Part shown: one piece after another, positions 52,181 through 64,000 of the stretch
Layout of the letters: every line of letters begins with the position of its first letter
Numbering within the stretch: position 1 is the stretch's first letter
NCBI GenBank assembly: GCA_012026655.1
Contig: JAAILG010000034.1
Span: forward strand, 124,001 to 188,000
Length of the DNA: 64,000 nt
Origin: Hydrolagus affinis
Taxonomy: Eukaryota
Direction: 5' to 3'
Program-made: the position numbers and the translations under genes
Notes under the pieces: generated by a model
Databases searched by the model: none
What the model was told of the DNA's origin: nothing
Seen by the model: only the letters and a program-made list of their open reading frames with translations

Positions 52181-52589
52181 GTGGAGTGAGAGAAACATTG
52201 AATCTCCAGGACTAAAGGCAATATTAACCATCAATTAATTTATTTCAAGCTCTATTTATGCTACTGGAAGCTCAGCAAGATCACTTTGAACCATAGAGCG
52301 AGCAGTAGCAGGAAGCTTGATTTAAACCTCCCTCTTGTAATCATATTGGCTTTAGCTCGAGGCAAGCTCTGCACGTGTGCAAAACGTGGAAGTTTTTTTT
52401 AATGGCGTTCATGAACTAGTCACATGATTGTTTTGAGAATATCATTAAAGCGCAGCTCCATGAAAGTTTTTTGGTCCATTGTCACACAGCTCATCTGCAA
52501 TTTATAGTTTGTTTGATGACTTGTCTCCAGGGAAAGCACAAACTGTAAACAAGGCATTACGCTCTCAATCTCAGAAACTCGTGCTTCAA

Positions 52590-53060
52590 AGGCAACAATC
52601 TTGGCTCATACTCCAATTCAGCGCTGGGCAAATGCAGCATTTAGTGGAGGTCCCTTCCTCCTCTTCAGTTTGGATGGTGAAGATTTCATGGCACGATTCA
52701 AAAAGTGGTGCACATTTTTCCACTGTGTTCCAGCCAACAATCCTCCAGATAAAAAATGGTCAGTCACTTTGTGGGATGCTGGTACGTGCAAATTGGTCTC
52801 CCCGGTTCCACCAGCCACAAGGTCCAGCTAATATGAAAGCTCTACCACCCGTTTCCTCGCCGCATTAGACCCTCCTTCCTTTGCTCAGCTAACACAAGCC
52901 TGCTGAGCATTCCCTGACCCCTCAACACCACAATCCCTTCACTTTGCTCCTCTCTTCATCTATCTTTAAATCACACTTGAAAACTTACCTCTTCGACCCC
53001 ACCACCTACTTCATTGACAGATGTTATCCTACATGAAGGGTGCTATATGAATACAACAAC
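52590..53060 (+). mobile_element. Deu-domain SINE remnant (52590-52810) followed by L2 3' end (52840-53060)
   Basis: GGATGGTGAAGATTTCATGGCACGATTC...TTTGTGGGATGCTGGTACGTGCAAATTGG, then CTTTAAATCACACTTGAAAACTTACCTCTTCGAC (FKSHLKTYLFD) and GAAGGGTGCTATATGAAT. Confidence 0.65.
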
Positions 53061-53811
53061 AAATTACATTCAAATTGTTGTTATTGTAAAAACATTTTAT
53101 GGCAGAATAATTGAAAAGTTAAAATCTATTAACGTTTAATGATTTAGATCCCCAAATACTTTTGTTCTTAATGCATTTCACCTCACGCTTTTGAAAAAAA
53201 GTGACATAATTTGAAAATTTCTTTACAATACCACTATTACTTTCAATCAGTTACCCCTATGATCGATACACCCCTATGTATATTTACAGCTACAGGATTT
53301 GGAACTATTTTCCTGTTCTTCTGACGATTATATAGTTTACTTTAATGAATGATTACAAAAGAGGCAACAACTCAAATAATACATAAACTTTCACAATGGA
53401 AAACTCCACTGGTTAGGATTTTTACCTAAGGTAATATACAGCAAAATGGAAATAGAAACATGATTGATAAATATGGGTGGGAGAAGAAACCATTTGCATT
53501 TTTATTATTATCTTCCAATAATACTTTTGTTCACTGCACAAAAGGATGGTTTGGTGTTCAGCACTAATCACAAAATGCTCAAGCATTCAAAAGCATGTAC
53601 AGTATTAGTGCACTTTGGGTCATCAGTCAAAGTACAGTCCTTGCCAGACAAGAACATTTTATTGTATTCTCTGTCAATCTGTAAATTTCCGAATATTGAG
53701 TAATATGAATTTATAATGAGAAATCTGAACAATTATTGTAGTTTATGCATCAAAGGTGCAAAAGGAAAAATATCTTCTATAAATCTAATCCTACAATAAC
53801 AATCTTCAAAT

Positions 53812-54170
53812 TTGCCACATCATCAAAATGTCTCAAAGCACTTCATAGGTTTGTACTGTGTAAAGTAGTGATTGTGTATTTTCTAGGCAAATCCAACTGA
53901 TATTTTTTTGTACAGTAATGTTCCACAGACAATCATGAATTGAACAACCAATTTTATCTGAAGGATTATTGGCCTGCACACCAGGAACAAATGATCCATC
54001 TTTCAAAAATAGACCTGAACAGATACCTTGGGCTTTAGTTTCAGATTTAATCCAAAGGACAGTACCTCCGAGACTACAACACACCTCCAGCACTGCACTG
54101 GACCTTGACTGTGAGCTCAGAATCCTAACATGAGGCTTGAACCCACAACCTTCTGTCTGTAGTGCAAGGT
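53812..54170 (-). mobile_element. Old Deu-domain SINE
   Basis: Antisense tail TGTCTCAAAGCACTTCA...TTGGCCTGCACACCAGG...TCCAAAGGACAGTACCTCC...GGCTTGAACCCACAACCTTCTG. Confidence 0.7.
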
Positions 54171-54989
54171 CATAGCAGGTATGCATGCGTCATTTGGTCA
54201 AAAGCATTAGCAGCTTTTTTAAATTCGCCCCAAAATTGGTACATCACGGGTGAATGTTATTTACTCAATGAATAAAGGACTTGATGCATTGTCTTCTGGT
54301 ACTGCAACAAAAGCACAAAGGAAGAGCTCGAGTCGTATATTCTAGTTTCATGACAAGAGTCCTCTTTTTCTTAATGCAAAGTGTGATCACATTAATTCTG
54401 AATAGGTGGTGGCTACTAATTTGAAATGGTGCAAAACTAAATACTGTGATAAAACAATAATCCAGGGCTGTCACTGAGCTGTCATCGTAACACCCTGTAT
54501 TTTAATGGTTCAGTCTTTAAACTTGCTTTTATTGTCATTTTTTCCCTGCTTTACAATTCAGTATTTCTGAGTTATGATTCCTCCAGCCCCAGAGACCTTG
54601 GAGACTCCGTTGCTATCATAGTTCTCTGCTAGAAGGTCGCATGTTTCCATAACTACAACACTCATCCTACTTTTTCAGCTTGACACTGCAGCTGTAAATT
54701 TGGAGTTTTATAATGAACCTGTGCTTGTTTCAAATAAACAGGTACAGCGGCAACAATGAAAATCTCCCTCCTTCCAGCTAACAGTAATGAGCAACCTTAT
54801 TCCAATTCAAATTATAGAGTCTAATGGGCAGAAATTTCTGAACAGGATTCCTTAATAGGAAAACCAAAGCAGGGATTCCTTACAATAACTGGAAGCATAT
54901 CACGGGGGAGTGAGTAAGCAGGGTTTCCATGGAGCTGAGATGGCTCCAGGGTAATGTGCTTGCCAACTGATTGTCACTATCATAAGAAA

Positions 54990-55630
54990 CGTCTCTTGTG
55001 GTCTCAGTTGCCTGTTTTCTGAGCCAGGTGGGGTCCCAATACTCCAAGGCACTGGTAATGACAGGCCAGCTAGCCTGGCTCACTGGCAGGCCTTGGAGGA
55101 GCACAGTGCCTCCTAACCTTCCCACTAAGTGCCTGCTAACCTTGCAAAAAGCCCTAATTGGCAGAGTGGTCCTAGCTGGACATCAGTGGGAAACTTGACA
55201 GACAGTACTGTACTTCCAATGGCAAGCCATGTGGTTTTACTTATTTAAATTCTAGCAGTACCCAATGCTTATTCTGGGGTTTCCGTGTCCTGGCTCTTGC
55301 CAACTTGAGGATAATACTCTCCAGAATCAACTAAGCAGTGTGTCCCTCCAGGGAGAGAGGGTACATTCTATTCTAGGTACAGAAAGTTCCTTATATATGT
55401 GGGATGCATGGAGCTCTCAGTCCAGGTTGGATACTGTGAACAACAACAACAAAATTATATTTGTATAGTGCCTTTCATGTCAGAAGGACTTCCCAAGATG
55501 CTGGTCAATCAGTGTTTTGGACCCGAGCTGGGGTGATTTGATTTACCAGACCCGAGCTGGGGTGGTACCTGAACTTGGGTGGCATGGTAATGGTTCACCG
55601 AAGGTGTCAGGTATCCAGCTGAAGCCCCAA
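54990..55630 (+). repeat. Dispersed repeat family C, longest copy, split by an antisense L2 tail (55436-55565)
   Basis: The core CTGGCTCTTGCCAAC...CCCTCCAGGGAGAGA is shared with 2755-2840 and 61200-61270. It resumes after the L2 tail with GCATGGTAATGG...GTGTCAG, matching 51925-51957 antisense. Confidence 0.6.
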
Positions 55631-56221
55631 TCCCCCCACCCCCCAAATACTCTTATCTGTGAGAATTACCCACTGACAGTATATTTCATCAGGAGCAAAA
55701 TTCCCATTGGAGGGTGCAACACTCTTGTGTTGCAATTATATTCCTTTCATTTGATGTAGCACTATACTATGTCAACAAAATGCCTCAAAGTGCTTCACAG
55801 GATTTATGGCAGAGTGTAATAACTGTGTATTTATGGACAAACAGATAGGCAGACATAGGAGAAATATGTAGTTTTCTTATATATAGGTTTCTGTGTGTTT
55901 AAAATAGAATCCTGTGAAGCACATCGGGATGTGGAAGCACATTGGAAGCACATTCACATTGCTAATGTGAAAGACGCTCTACATGCAAGGGTTATTTTTT
56001 ATTATTATTATTTAAGAAAATGCCACAGATTAGATAATTAAAATTAGGAAACTGAATCTGAAATGGTAATAACATTTGAATGGAGTATTAATGTTATGCA
56101 AGGTTTATTCTTTCTGTTATGATACACAGTGACATTTAATCTAATAACACCACCCTTTGTTCTAGGGCCTGTTTGCGCAGCACCAAACCAATTAACTGAT
56201 GGATGTTCCTCTTGCACACAG

Positions 56222-56400
56222 TGAAACAACAACGACAAAATTACATTTATGGAGCGCCTTTCACGTCGGGAGGATGTCCCAAAGTGCTGAACAGTCAGGT
56301 CGGAACGCTAGCAGCGGGGGAAGGGTGGGGTAGAGGGAAGGGGAAGGAGAGTAGGAGAGGTGGAAGAGTTAGGAGGGGAGCCGAAGGCACAGAGAAACAG
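56222..56400 (-). mobile_element. L2 3' tail
   Basis: AACAACAACGACAAAATTACATTTATGGAGCGCCTTTCACGTCGGGAGGATGTCCC. Confidence 0.75.
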
Positions 56401-56408
56401 AGATGCGT

Positions 56409-56715
56409 GGAGTCCTGCGCCTAAGTGGTTCGCCTTGCAAGCGAGAGGAACTGGGTTCGATTACCAGCAGGTCAGGGCAAAACCATGGGCAAGTTTCCTT
56501 ACTCCACATGCAAACATACACACGTGCCTGATAATAACCCCTCAAAAAAAAAAAAAAAAATTTAGTCACTTCAATCCACTACTGTTTATGGGGACACTGC
56601 TGTGCACAATTGGCTGCCGTGTTTCGCCCACCAAATATATACAATATATTCTGTGAAGTGTTTTGAGACGTCTAGAAGATGTAAAAAATGCTGTATTTAA
56701 TGCAAGGATTATTAT
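56409..56715 (+). mobile_element. SINE family A, short subfamily
   Basis: GGAGTCCTG...GGGTTCGATTACC...GGGCAAGTTTCCTTACTCCAC...GCTGTGCACAATTGGCTGCCG...ATGCAAGGATTATTAT. Confidence 0.9.
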
Positions 56716-57534
56716 GGGTGGAATCGCAAAAATATCTGCATTGTCTTTTTAAGCACATTACACAAAATATTAATTGAAGTTACTGATTAATTCTGTATAA
56801 AATTGTTCCAAATTTAATATTGAATGTTCATCTAGCTAACTAGAGTTTAATCAGTTACAGTTTTAGAAGAAAAAATTCTGATAATAAAACATTTTTAATT
56901 TAAAAAATAGATGCTTTTTTGTCCTTTATAATCTTCGCACTCTAAAACCTAGGATAGATGTGGACAATGAAAAAGATGGGATATTGAAGAGATGAAATCC
57001 TTACACAATAGCTACAGACTAAATCCAAGGGCAACCTTCCTAAATGCCAGTGAGATGAATTTAATGGGAAGTGCAACATCTTTCAAAAATGTCATAAGAA
57101 TCTACTGTAATGTATTACTGCACGGTGTAAGTTTGATATATTTTTGTTCCTTAGATAGAGCACTGTAGCTACAATTTAATGGACAAGAAATGGGAACAAG
57201 AGCAAAAAAAATGTAATACAGCATGATCAGCAAGGTTTCAACAATCACTAGTCAACTGAAGTCTACCCCCATATCTATAACTCATTTTGTTTTATAGGCC
57301 ATTAGGATCTCCAGAGAAGGGCTGTGTGGAGACTGCTGCTTTTTGTTGAAATTAAAATGTCAAAGAAAAAGAAATAGAACAAAACAGGGAATCTGCAATT
57401 AATTACAAAGCCATAAAAATTCAATAATCAGAAGCCTGTGCTGCTTCAGCTGCAGAGATATCTGATTCGGGCTAACAGGAACAGAATACATTAATCTTTT
57501 CAAATTAGTTTTTTAATCTAACTTGAATATACTG

Positions 57535-58075
57535 TTATGTCCCTGTACCATTTGCCCAGTGTTCCTGTCTAACGTGTTTAATGCAAAGTGTTTAGAATCG
57601 GGGGATTCTCAGACTTCCACGACCTGACACTTTGCTTACTGGTAAGCATTGTGTATTATAGAATAAAGACATGTTTTGCAGATCTGCGGCTAGGATTTGA
57701 GACGAACAATCGTGAGATTCATCACGTGAGGTTCCAACCCATCAGTTCTGCGATCTTCAATCGGTTGCCCAGTCTTACCCACTTTGTCCCCGCAGAAGTA
57801 GCCAATCCCTTTGCAATGAAAGACATAAATGTAGACTGCACCAATACCCAGAGGGTGAACTTCGAGAATCTAGTAGAATCTTGAGGCACATAATAATAAT
57901 CTTTGAATTTGATATAGCGCTTTTCACGTCTTCTAGAGTCACAAAGCTCTTCACAAAATGTACTGTAAAGTGAATTGACTGTATATTTGTGGGCAAAACG
58001 CGGCAGCCAATTACACACAGCAGTGTTCCACAAACAGTCATGGATTAACTCTTTCATTAAGCTTTCATTAAATTA
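57535..58075 (+). mobile_element. Second Penelope-like GIY-YIG relic, split by an antisense SINE (57890-58045)
   Basis: Ordered frameshifted fragments CPCTICP, SIVYYRIKTC, QICG*D, RRTIVRF, HVR...SSAIFNRL and NLVES, then FIKLSLN after the SINE. These fit CxxC...VY-I-C-CG-YIG...RF-EH...SAIF-HL...LES-I...SLN. Confidence 0.5.
57890..58045 (-). mobile_element. SINE family A 3' half
   Basis: (TAA)3...TTTGATATAGCGCTTTTCACGTCTTCTAGA...GGCAAAACGCGGCAGCCAATTACACACAGCAGTGTTCCACAAACAGTCATGGA. Confidence 0.88.
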
Positions 58076-58537
58076 AGTGTTCTGTCTCATTCACTGGGAA
58101 TGAAGTGCTCTGAGACGCTGTCCGGCGTGGAGGGCGCTATATAAATCAAAGTTGTTGTTGTTGGATCATATTGAACCTTTCTCCGTCTGTCTGTTCATCT
58201 ACAAATGCACAGACACTACACTTTACGGTAAAATCTTATAAAGTGCTTTGAGATATTTTGACAATGGGATACAATGCTCAAATACAAGGATTATTATTAT
58301 ACAAGGATTAGCAAATTGCAAGGATTATTATTATAGGATTATTATTCTCATCCAAATCTCATGGGAGCTTTTCCTTTTCCACAGAGGCAAACAACAAAGC
58401 AAAGCCTCTTGTCCTGTGGCATTTGTTGGTGTTTTCGCAGTCTTCTGTGATGAGCACTTCACATCAGTGACAACATGAACTGCATTAAACGCATGTTAAA
58501 TAATTCCTATTAATTCACTGACTGAGTCATAATATGC

Positions 58538-58834
58538 AATAATAATTCTTGTATTTGACATAGTGCGTTTTATGTCTCTAGACATCTCAAAGCGCTTCAC
58601 AGAATACAATGTAAAGTGAATTGATTGTATATTTATGGATGAATTGTGGCAGCCAATTGCGCACGGCAGAGTCCCACAAATAGTCGTGAATTGCAGTGAC
58701 CAATTTTTTTTCTTGAGGGATTATTATTAGACATGTGTAGTAAGGAAACTTGCCCAAGGTTTTGCCCTACCTGGAATCAAACCCAGGTGTCTCGCTTGTG
58801 AGGCAAGTGCTTTAACCACTGAGCTACAGGACTC
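58538..58834 (-). mobile_element. SINE family A, short subfamily, full length
   Basis: The reverse complement starts GAGTCCTGTAGCTCAGTGGTTAAAGCACTTGCC and ends ATGTCAAATACAAGAATTATTATT. Confidence 0.9.
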
Positions 58835-60049
58835 AAGCCTCTGAGCTGCAAGACTCCAATATATGGACTCCAAAATATGATAGAGTTGTTCCCAGTAAAC
58901 AGTTTAGATGGAAAAATGATTTCTTGAAGTATTCAAAGATAAATTCCCAGATTCGCAACATACTGGAGAAGAAACCCAAATAAATAAACTATCAAAGCAC
59001 AAATATGTAAAAAAAAATATATTGTTCACTCCTGCCTGACATATTAATTACCTTAGTGGACAGTCCAAGACATTGACTTAATGAAAGCCCCCATTGACTG
59101 ACTCCTGCTTTAACAAGCTCTTTGGTGACTTATTCCAGCATGAAATCGCCAAGATCTTTCACCAGAGCATTAAGGGTTCTACCACATTGTGCCGCCTGGA
59201 ATGATTTTGAACTTCAGCCTACAGTACTTTAGAGCATTGCACTAAGTGATGGTATGCTTCCATTGTTCTGTCACTCATGCAAAGAAAAACCTTCATAACT
59301 TGCTTATGCTTGCAGCCCTCGTGAGTTATAGGCCTTTTACCCTCATAAAAAAAGCAGTGGAAATCAATGTTTACATCTCTGCCGTAATACCCTATATTTC
59401 TCCTAGTCCAAACTGAGCAGGGCAATAAAATGGACTTTCATGTTTCACTGGGGCCTTCCGAGTATGCTCACTAGAAATGATTAAAAATGACATTTCTGCC
59501 AAAGTGAATGTGCCACATTACCTGCGGCTGTGGTTCAGTGAGGTTTGCTGGTTTGGGACAGAGAAACAATTAAGAGAGCATTTCCATCAGGGATAATGTT
59601 TCGATTTGCAAGCCTGAAATTTTTGACTTAAAACAAAAAGCTGACTTTGCAGCATCCAAAAGGACAGCAATCTGTCTTTTCACAAATGTTATTTTGAGAT
59701 CGGTAGGATCTTCCCATTCACAAACAGGGGGTGGGGATTTGGAGTTTTGAAGCTTATTATCCTAGAAATTCCTTTATTTTGTGAATCCAAAAAATTGAGC
59801 TTGATGAAAGCATTGTTTCATCTACAAAATGAACAGTCAACTTACTTTAGAGTATATCCTGTGATGCGGTTTGAGATGTCCCGAAAATGTGGAAAGGCGC
59901 TGTATCAAATGCAAGAATTAATATGAATAATTAATCAGTCTGTCCCCCCTTCCAAGCACATGAGTATAAAAACTGGAAGATGGCATTCTGCCCATTCTGA
60001 TGGCAGTTTATTTTATTTTCCCATCCTTTCACCATATAACATTATAATC

Positions 60050-60255
60050 CTTGCACTTGCTGTAGGGCCCTATCACTCTGTGGAAACATCTCAGAATCCT
60101 TCACTGCCATATCCCCCAAACAGCCATGAAGTGAATAGCCTGGGCAATTAACTAGGAAATTGTTGGCCAGGACACAGAAAGCAATTCTCTTTTCTTTCTG
60201 AATCAGTGCACTGGATCTTTAATGTCCATCTGAACAGGTTTAACATTTCATCCAA
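60050..60255 (-). mobile_element. Deu-domain SINE remnant
   Basis: TGTTGGCCAGGACACAG...GTGCACTGGATCTTTAATGTCCATCTGAACAG.TTTAACAT is the antisense Deu domain. Confidence 0.55.
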
Positions 60256-61091
60256 AATAATCAAACCAACTGGGCCAATAATTTGGTATTCTGATGTGAA
60301 TGACTGCTTTTATTTCTTTACCTTTATTCTAAAGAATAAAGAAACACTGACCTGAACTAAATCAACTGAGATGTAAAAAATTGTTGGTGCATCTTATTGA
60401 GAATATTGACTGTCCAGCCTGTTGGAAAGTTAAACGTTAACTGGAAACAAATGCAGGTATCCACAGCTCCGTGTGGATCTAAGATGCATTTACATTTAGA
60501 GGTGCTCTTTGTTTTGGAGCCTTCTTGGTCAATGGGAAGACATTTCAATCAGTTACAGTTTGCAGAGAGAAAGCATTTCACATCATTTCAGTGATATAGT
60601 GTTAAATGATTGAATAGAAGGGAATTCAAGGTTGCTCATTGATTTCATCACATCATTGCGCTGAAATGTCAGTCCTTCTACCATCTGTTATTTGTTTTCG
60701 TTAATTTTTTTTGAAAAGGTCCCGGCTGATGCCTTGAGCTCGCCTTTCGTAAAGAAATGCTGTGAGCAATATGTCATTATAAAATGTAGTGAAATGTGCT
60801 CAAGCCACTATAGTTCATATCATTTCTGCTGGGCAGGTGAGTGATCAACAATGAGTTCCAAATATGATGCTCCTGGCAATGAAGGCTTTGCTTATCTTGT
60901 GCCTGAGGAAGGGGAAAATATACCTGTCAACTGAATACTGGTTGGTTTCAAGCAATGTACATAAAGGAAAATAGCACTTTGGGGGTTGTTTGTACAATTA
61001 ATATCCTTTGTGCATTTCAAATAATGTATTTTTTTGCCGGGGTCATCTGAGTATCTTGTAATGTTGTAATTTGTTCAATTAAATTTTTGCT

Positions 61092-61280
61092 GTGGTATCT
61101 GAAACATGCGGAAACCCATCATCATGCTTGAGAGTAAACAAACCATCATGAAAGTTCTATGAATTAGAAATTCCTAGGCATTGGAATGGAGTGCGCATTC
61201 TCTCCCTAGAGGAACCATCCTGCTTATCTAATCCAGGATGGTATCAAGCATAGGCTGGCAAGAGTCAAGGCTTGGGAACA
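61092..61280 (-). repeat. Dispersed repeat family C, copy
   Basis: GAAACCCATCATCATGCTTGAGAGTA matches 51941-51966; TCTCCCTAGAGG...GGCTGGCAAGAGTCA matches 2765-2831. Confidence 0.6.
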
Positions 61281-61467
61281 GGATTTTGGAGGTGACTCAG
61301 ATTGTCAGATCCTGGGTAGTATTGCCATCAAAGAAAACCTTCTAGATCTTCATCTCTTCATCTACATCCATTGAAGTCCACTCTTTATCACCCCGCTGCC
61401 TGGTTAGTTCAGGCAACCTATGTCTTGAGAAGGCTGTCTTTGGGGTGTTGGATTTGATAACATTATT

Positions 61468-61600
61468 CATAAGAACATAAGAATTGCTTGACAAAAGAAG
61501 ACCAATATCCATCCAGTTTGACTTCCACCATTCCGGCAATCATGTGCACGTCATGTTCCAAACTATATACTGCCTTCCACAATATTATTTCCTAAAAATA
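61468..61600 (-). mobile_element. CR1-type 3' end (CATAAGAA terminal repeat); second copy at 62900-63035
   Basis: CATAAGAACATAAGAATTGCTTG...ATATCCATCCAGTTTG...TGTTCCAAACTATATA aligns with 62903-63005 (AAGAAC...TTGCTTG...ATATCCATCTAGTTTG...GTCCCAAACTATATA). Confidence 0.65.
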
Positions 61601-61925
61601 ATCACTGACAGTTTCCACAGAATGATAATATATCTAATTTGAGTAAAATAGTAATGCTGTAGTATACAAAAAACCTACAGAGTAATTGTTACAAAAATAA
61701 TTAATAATTTTACTCAAATAATTTATAGAGAACAGCCCACGCCCCATTACCCTTTGCAATACTTTGTTTAGATTCTGTAAATTTGCTGATTGACAAAGTT
61801 TAGCAGATGCTACAGGAATATTAATTCAAAACTCCACATGTCTATTCCAAAGCTTATTTTCAGAATTGAGAAAAATCTCAGCAATGCCCCACACAACAAA
61901 AAAATCCAAGATCTTTGGCTTTGCA

Positions 61926-62252
61926 GAGTCCTGTAGCTCAGTGGTAAGAGCACTTGCCTTACAAGCGAGAGAGCAGGGTTCAATTCCAGGCAGGGTGAAA
62001 GCTTGGGCAAATTTCCTTACTCCACATGTGTAATAATAATCCCTCAATAACTCTTAGCTCAATAAATCAACCATGCTTTAATTCACAAACAGTCATGGAT
62101 TGAAATTATCAATTTCTTATTGTTTTATTTTTTGAGGGATTATTATTGGGCAAGTGGAGTAAGGAAACTTGCCCAAGGTTACGCCCTACCTAGAATTGAA
62201 CCCTGGTCTCTCACTTGTAAGGCGAGTGCTCTAACCACTGAGCTGCAGGACT
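61926..62252. mobile_element. Two SINE A 5' halves in inverted, converging orientation
   Basis: The plus copy spans 61926-62045 and the minus copy 62083-62252. Both start GAGTCCTG[T/C]AGCTCAGTGGT and both lack 3' tails. Confidence 0.9.
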
Positions 62253-63074
62253 CTATGTAGTTTAGAACACATTTCCGGTGGATCTGAGTGAAAATCTTCC
62301 CGATACCTGTTTGCACTTCAGAGTACTTGTTAATAAATACAGTTTGTCATAGTCATGCTTTAGAGCCCACTGTGTATTTATTACAGATCAACGTCAAAGT
62401 TTGTGACTTTATTCAAGAGATATAAAAAACCTTTTGCTTGTGGCACATTGACATTGGCAAGTTATTCTGTGAGTGATCAGTGCGATGTTTCATTGTTGCC
62501 ACAATTCCACATGTACTGAATTACTACAAAGTAAGAAGAGTGAATCCTTCGGCCCCATCCCACCGCCCCACCCCACCCACCAACTCCCTTAAACTAAACC
62601 AGCCATCTCACACGCCTCCTTACAAGCTGATATCCTGGGAAGATGGTCCGACACATGGCATCGGGTCACTAGCTTTTCTGGGACCAAAAATAACAATAAC
62701 TTGCATTTATATAATGTCCCTCGTGTTGGGAAGGTCCCAGAGTGCTTAAAGATAGTATGTGAATGCGATGAAGAAAGGAAAAAGAAGATACCGAAAAGAA
62801 AATGATGAGTAGGAGGCTCAACAAAAAGAGTTAATTTTGATTTTCAAACGTAGCTACACGCAGTAGTCTATGGTCAGTAAGACCACAACATGCAGTCTAG
62901 TCTAAGAACAAAAGAGCATACAATTTTGCTTGGCGAATGAATATCCATCTAGTTTGCATTCTATCATCCTGGCAGCTGCATAGCATGTCGTGTCCCAAAC
63001 TATATATTATATCCTGAGATATCATTTCCCAACACAAAGCTTTCTGGTCTGGAAATTGTACTTCAATCAATCAA

Positions 63075-63232
63075 ATCAATTGAAACTTACATTTATATAG
63101 CTCCTTTCATGTCGAGAGGACGTCCCAAGGCGCTGTACAATTAGGTAGGGACAAGAGTAGGTGGGGAGGGGTCGGGGCAGGATGAAGGAAAATTAACTGT
63201 ATATTTGTGGGCGAAACGCAGCAGCCAAATTG
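63075..63232 (-). mobile_element. L2 tail plus short SINE A fragment
   Basis: ACATTTATATAGCTCCTTTCATGTCGAGAGGACGTCCCAAGG, then ACTGTATATTTGTGGGCGAAACGCAGCAGCCAA. Confidence 0.75.
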
Positions 63233-64000
63233 AAATGTAAAACGTTAAAAATAGTCGAGGCTATTCAGTTTCAGTGTAAGCACACGACTTATATATAAGT
63301 ATATACTTATATACTTATATACTGTATAAGTGTAATTTTATTGCTGTTGTTGTTCAATCCGAGTCAGAACTATTTATTTACTGGATTAGAAATTCCTTTG
63401 CTGCGTAGCTATATGGCTTAGTATTAGTAATAGTAAAAGTAAGCTTAGCTTAGTAAAAACTGCTGTAGCATGTTTTTTCTCTTTCAGTTTACCTTTTACC
63501 AAGTTCAAGTCTACAGCATTTTGCTGTGCTGAGGAAGCTTGGCCGACAAGCAGTGACCACACAGAGGCAGCACTGGTGATCTTCTGTTCAGATATATGTT
63601 CCACTGCCGTATGACTCCTGAAACATCAAGCTCTCCACTTGATGGCAGCACTCACTCTTTCAAGTCCATTTTTGCCTGCTCGCTCCCTCACAAGAACATA
63701 TTAGGTATTCAGAGAGGATTTTGCTCACTGCGCCTTCAAGAAGAATCATTCAGTTGTCAGTGAAAGACCAGAGATAAATGTTCTGCAAGCCTTGCACTGC
63801 AATCAAATCTTCATCTCGGTTCAAAGAGTTTGAGAACCCAATGGGTCTTGTTGACAGGAAACCAGAATTCTCACAGTTTACTTATATTTCAGCCGCCAAG
63901 AGCAGCTGTCAAATACTGGATTATTTATTAATGGTTTTACATTAACAAATTAAGTGGAGAAGGGTGAAATCATAAGACCGTGTTAATTCTAATTTATATG

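Noticed and set aside
58285-58345. Repeated CAAGGATTATTATT units
   Set aside because: Slippage duplication of a SINE 3' tail.
63488-63620. Possible exon on either strand near the window end
   Set aside because: Splice-like sites exist, but the peptides are unrecognisable and the signals on the two strands conflict.

Overview
This is AT-rich, CpG-depleted, non-coding vertebrate DNA, either a large intron or a gene desert, with one 147-nt assembly gap. The repeat content points to a cartilaginous fish, most likely a holocephalan such as elephant shark (inference from recalled repeat consensus, not a database hit). It includes many tRNA-headed SINEs with Deu-type bodies and L2 tails, L2 and CR1 LINE fragments, decayed L1 and Penelope-like relics, and a hAT-type MITE. 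I cannot support any host protein-coding exon. The supplied ORFs are retroelement debris or chance frames. The most notable signals are: (i) a Penelope GIY-YIG relic followed by a near-intact minimal hammerhead ribozyme fold (41096-41161); (ii) an 80-bp inverted repeat pair bounding exactly 1200 bp (22772-23971); (iii) a CpG-rich 177-bp hAT MITE with a near-perfect 8-bp TSD and three TATCGATA motifs; (iv) a four-unit alternating palindrome (10588-10677); (v) an inverted SINE-head pair; and (vi) repeat-free blocks with Pbx-Hox plus Meis motif clusters that look like conserved enhancers. I see no convincing novel multi-gene system. Repeat boundaries were set by eye and are approximate unless exact motifs are quoted.
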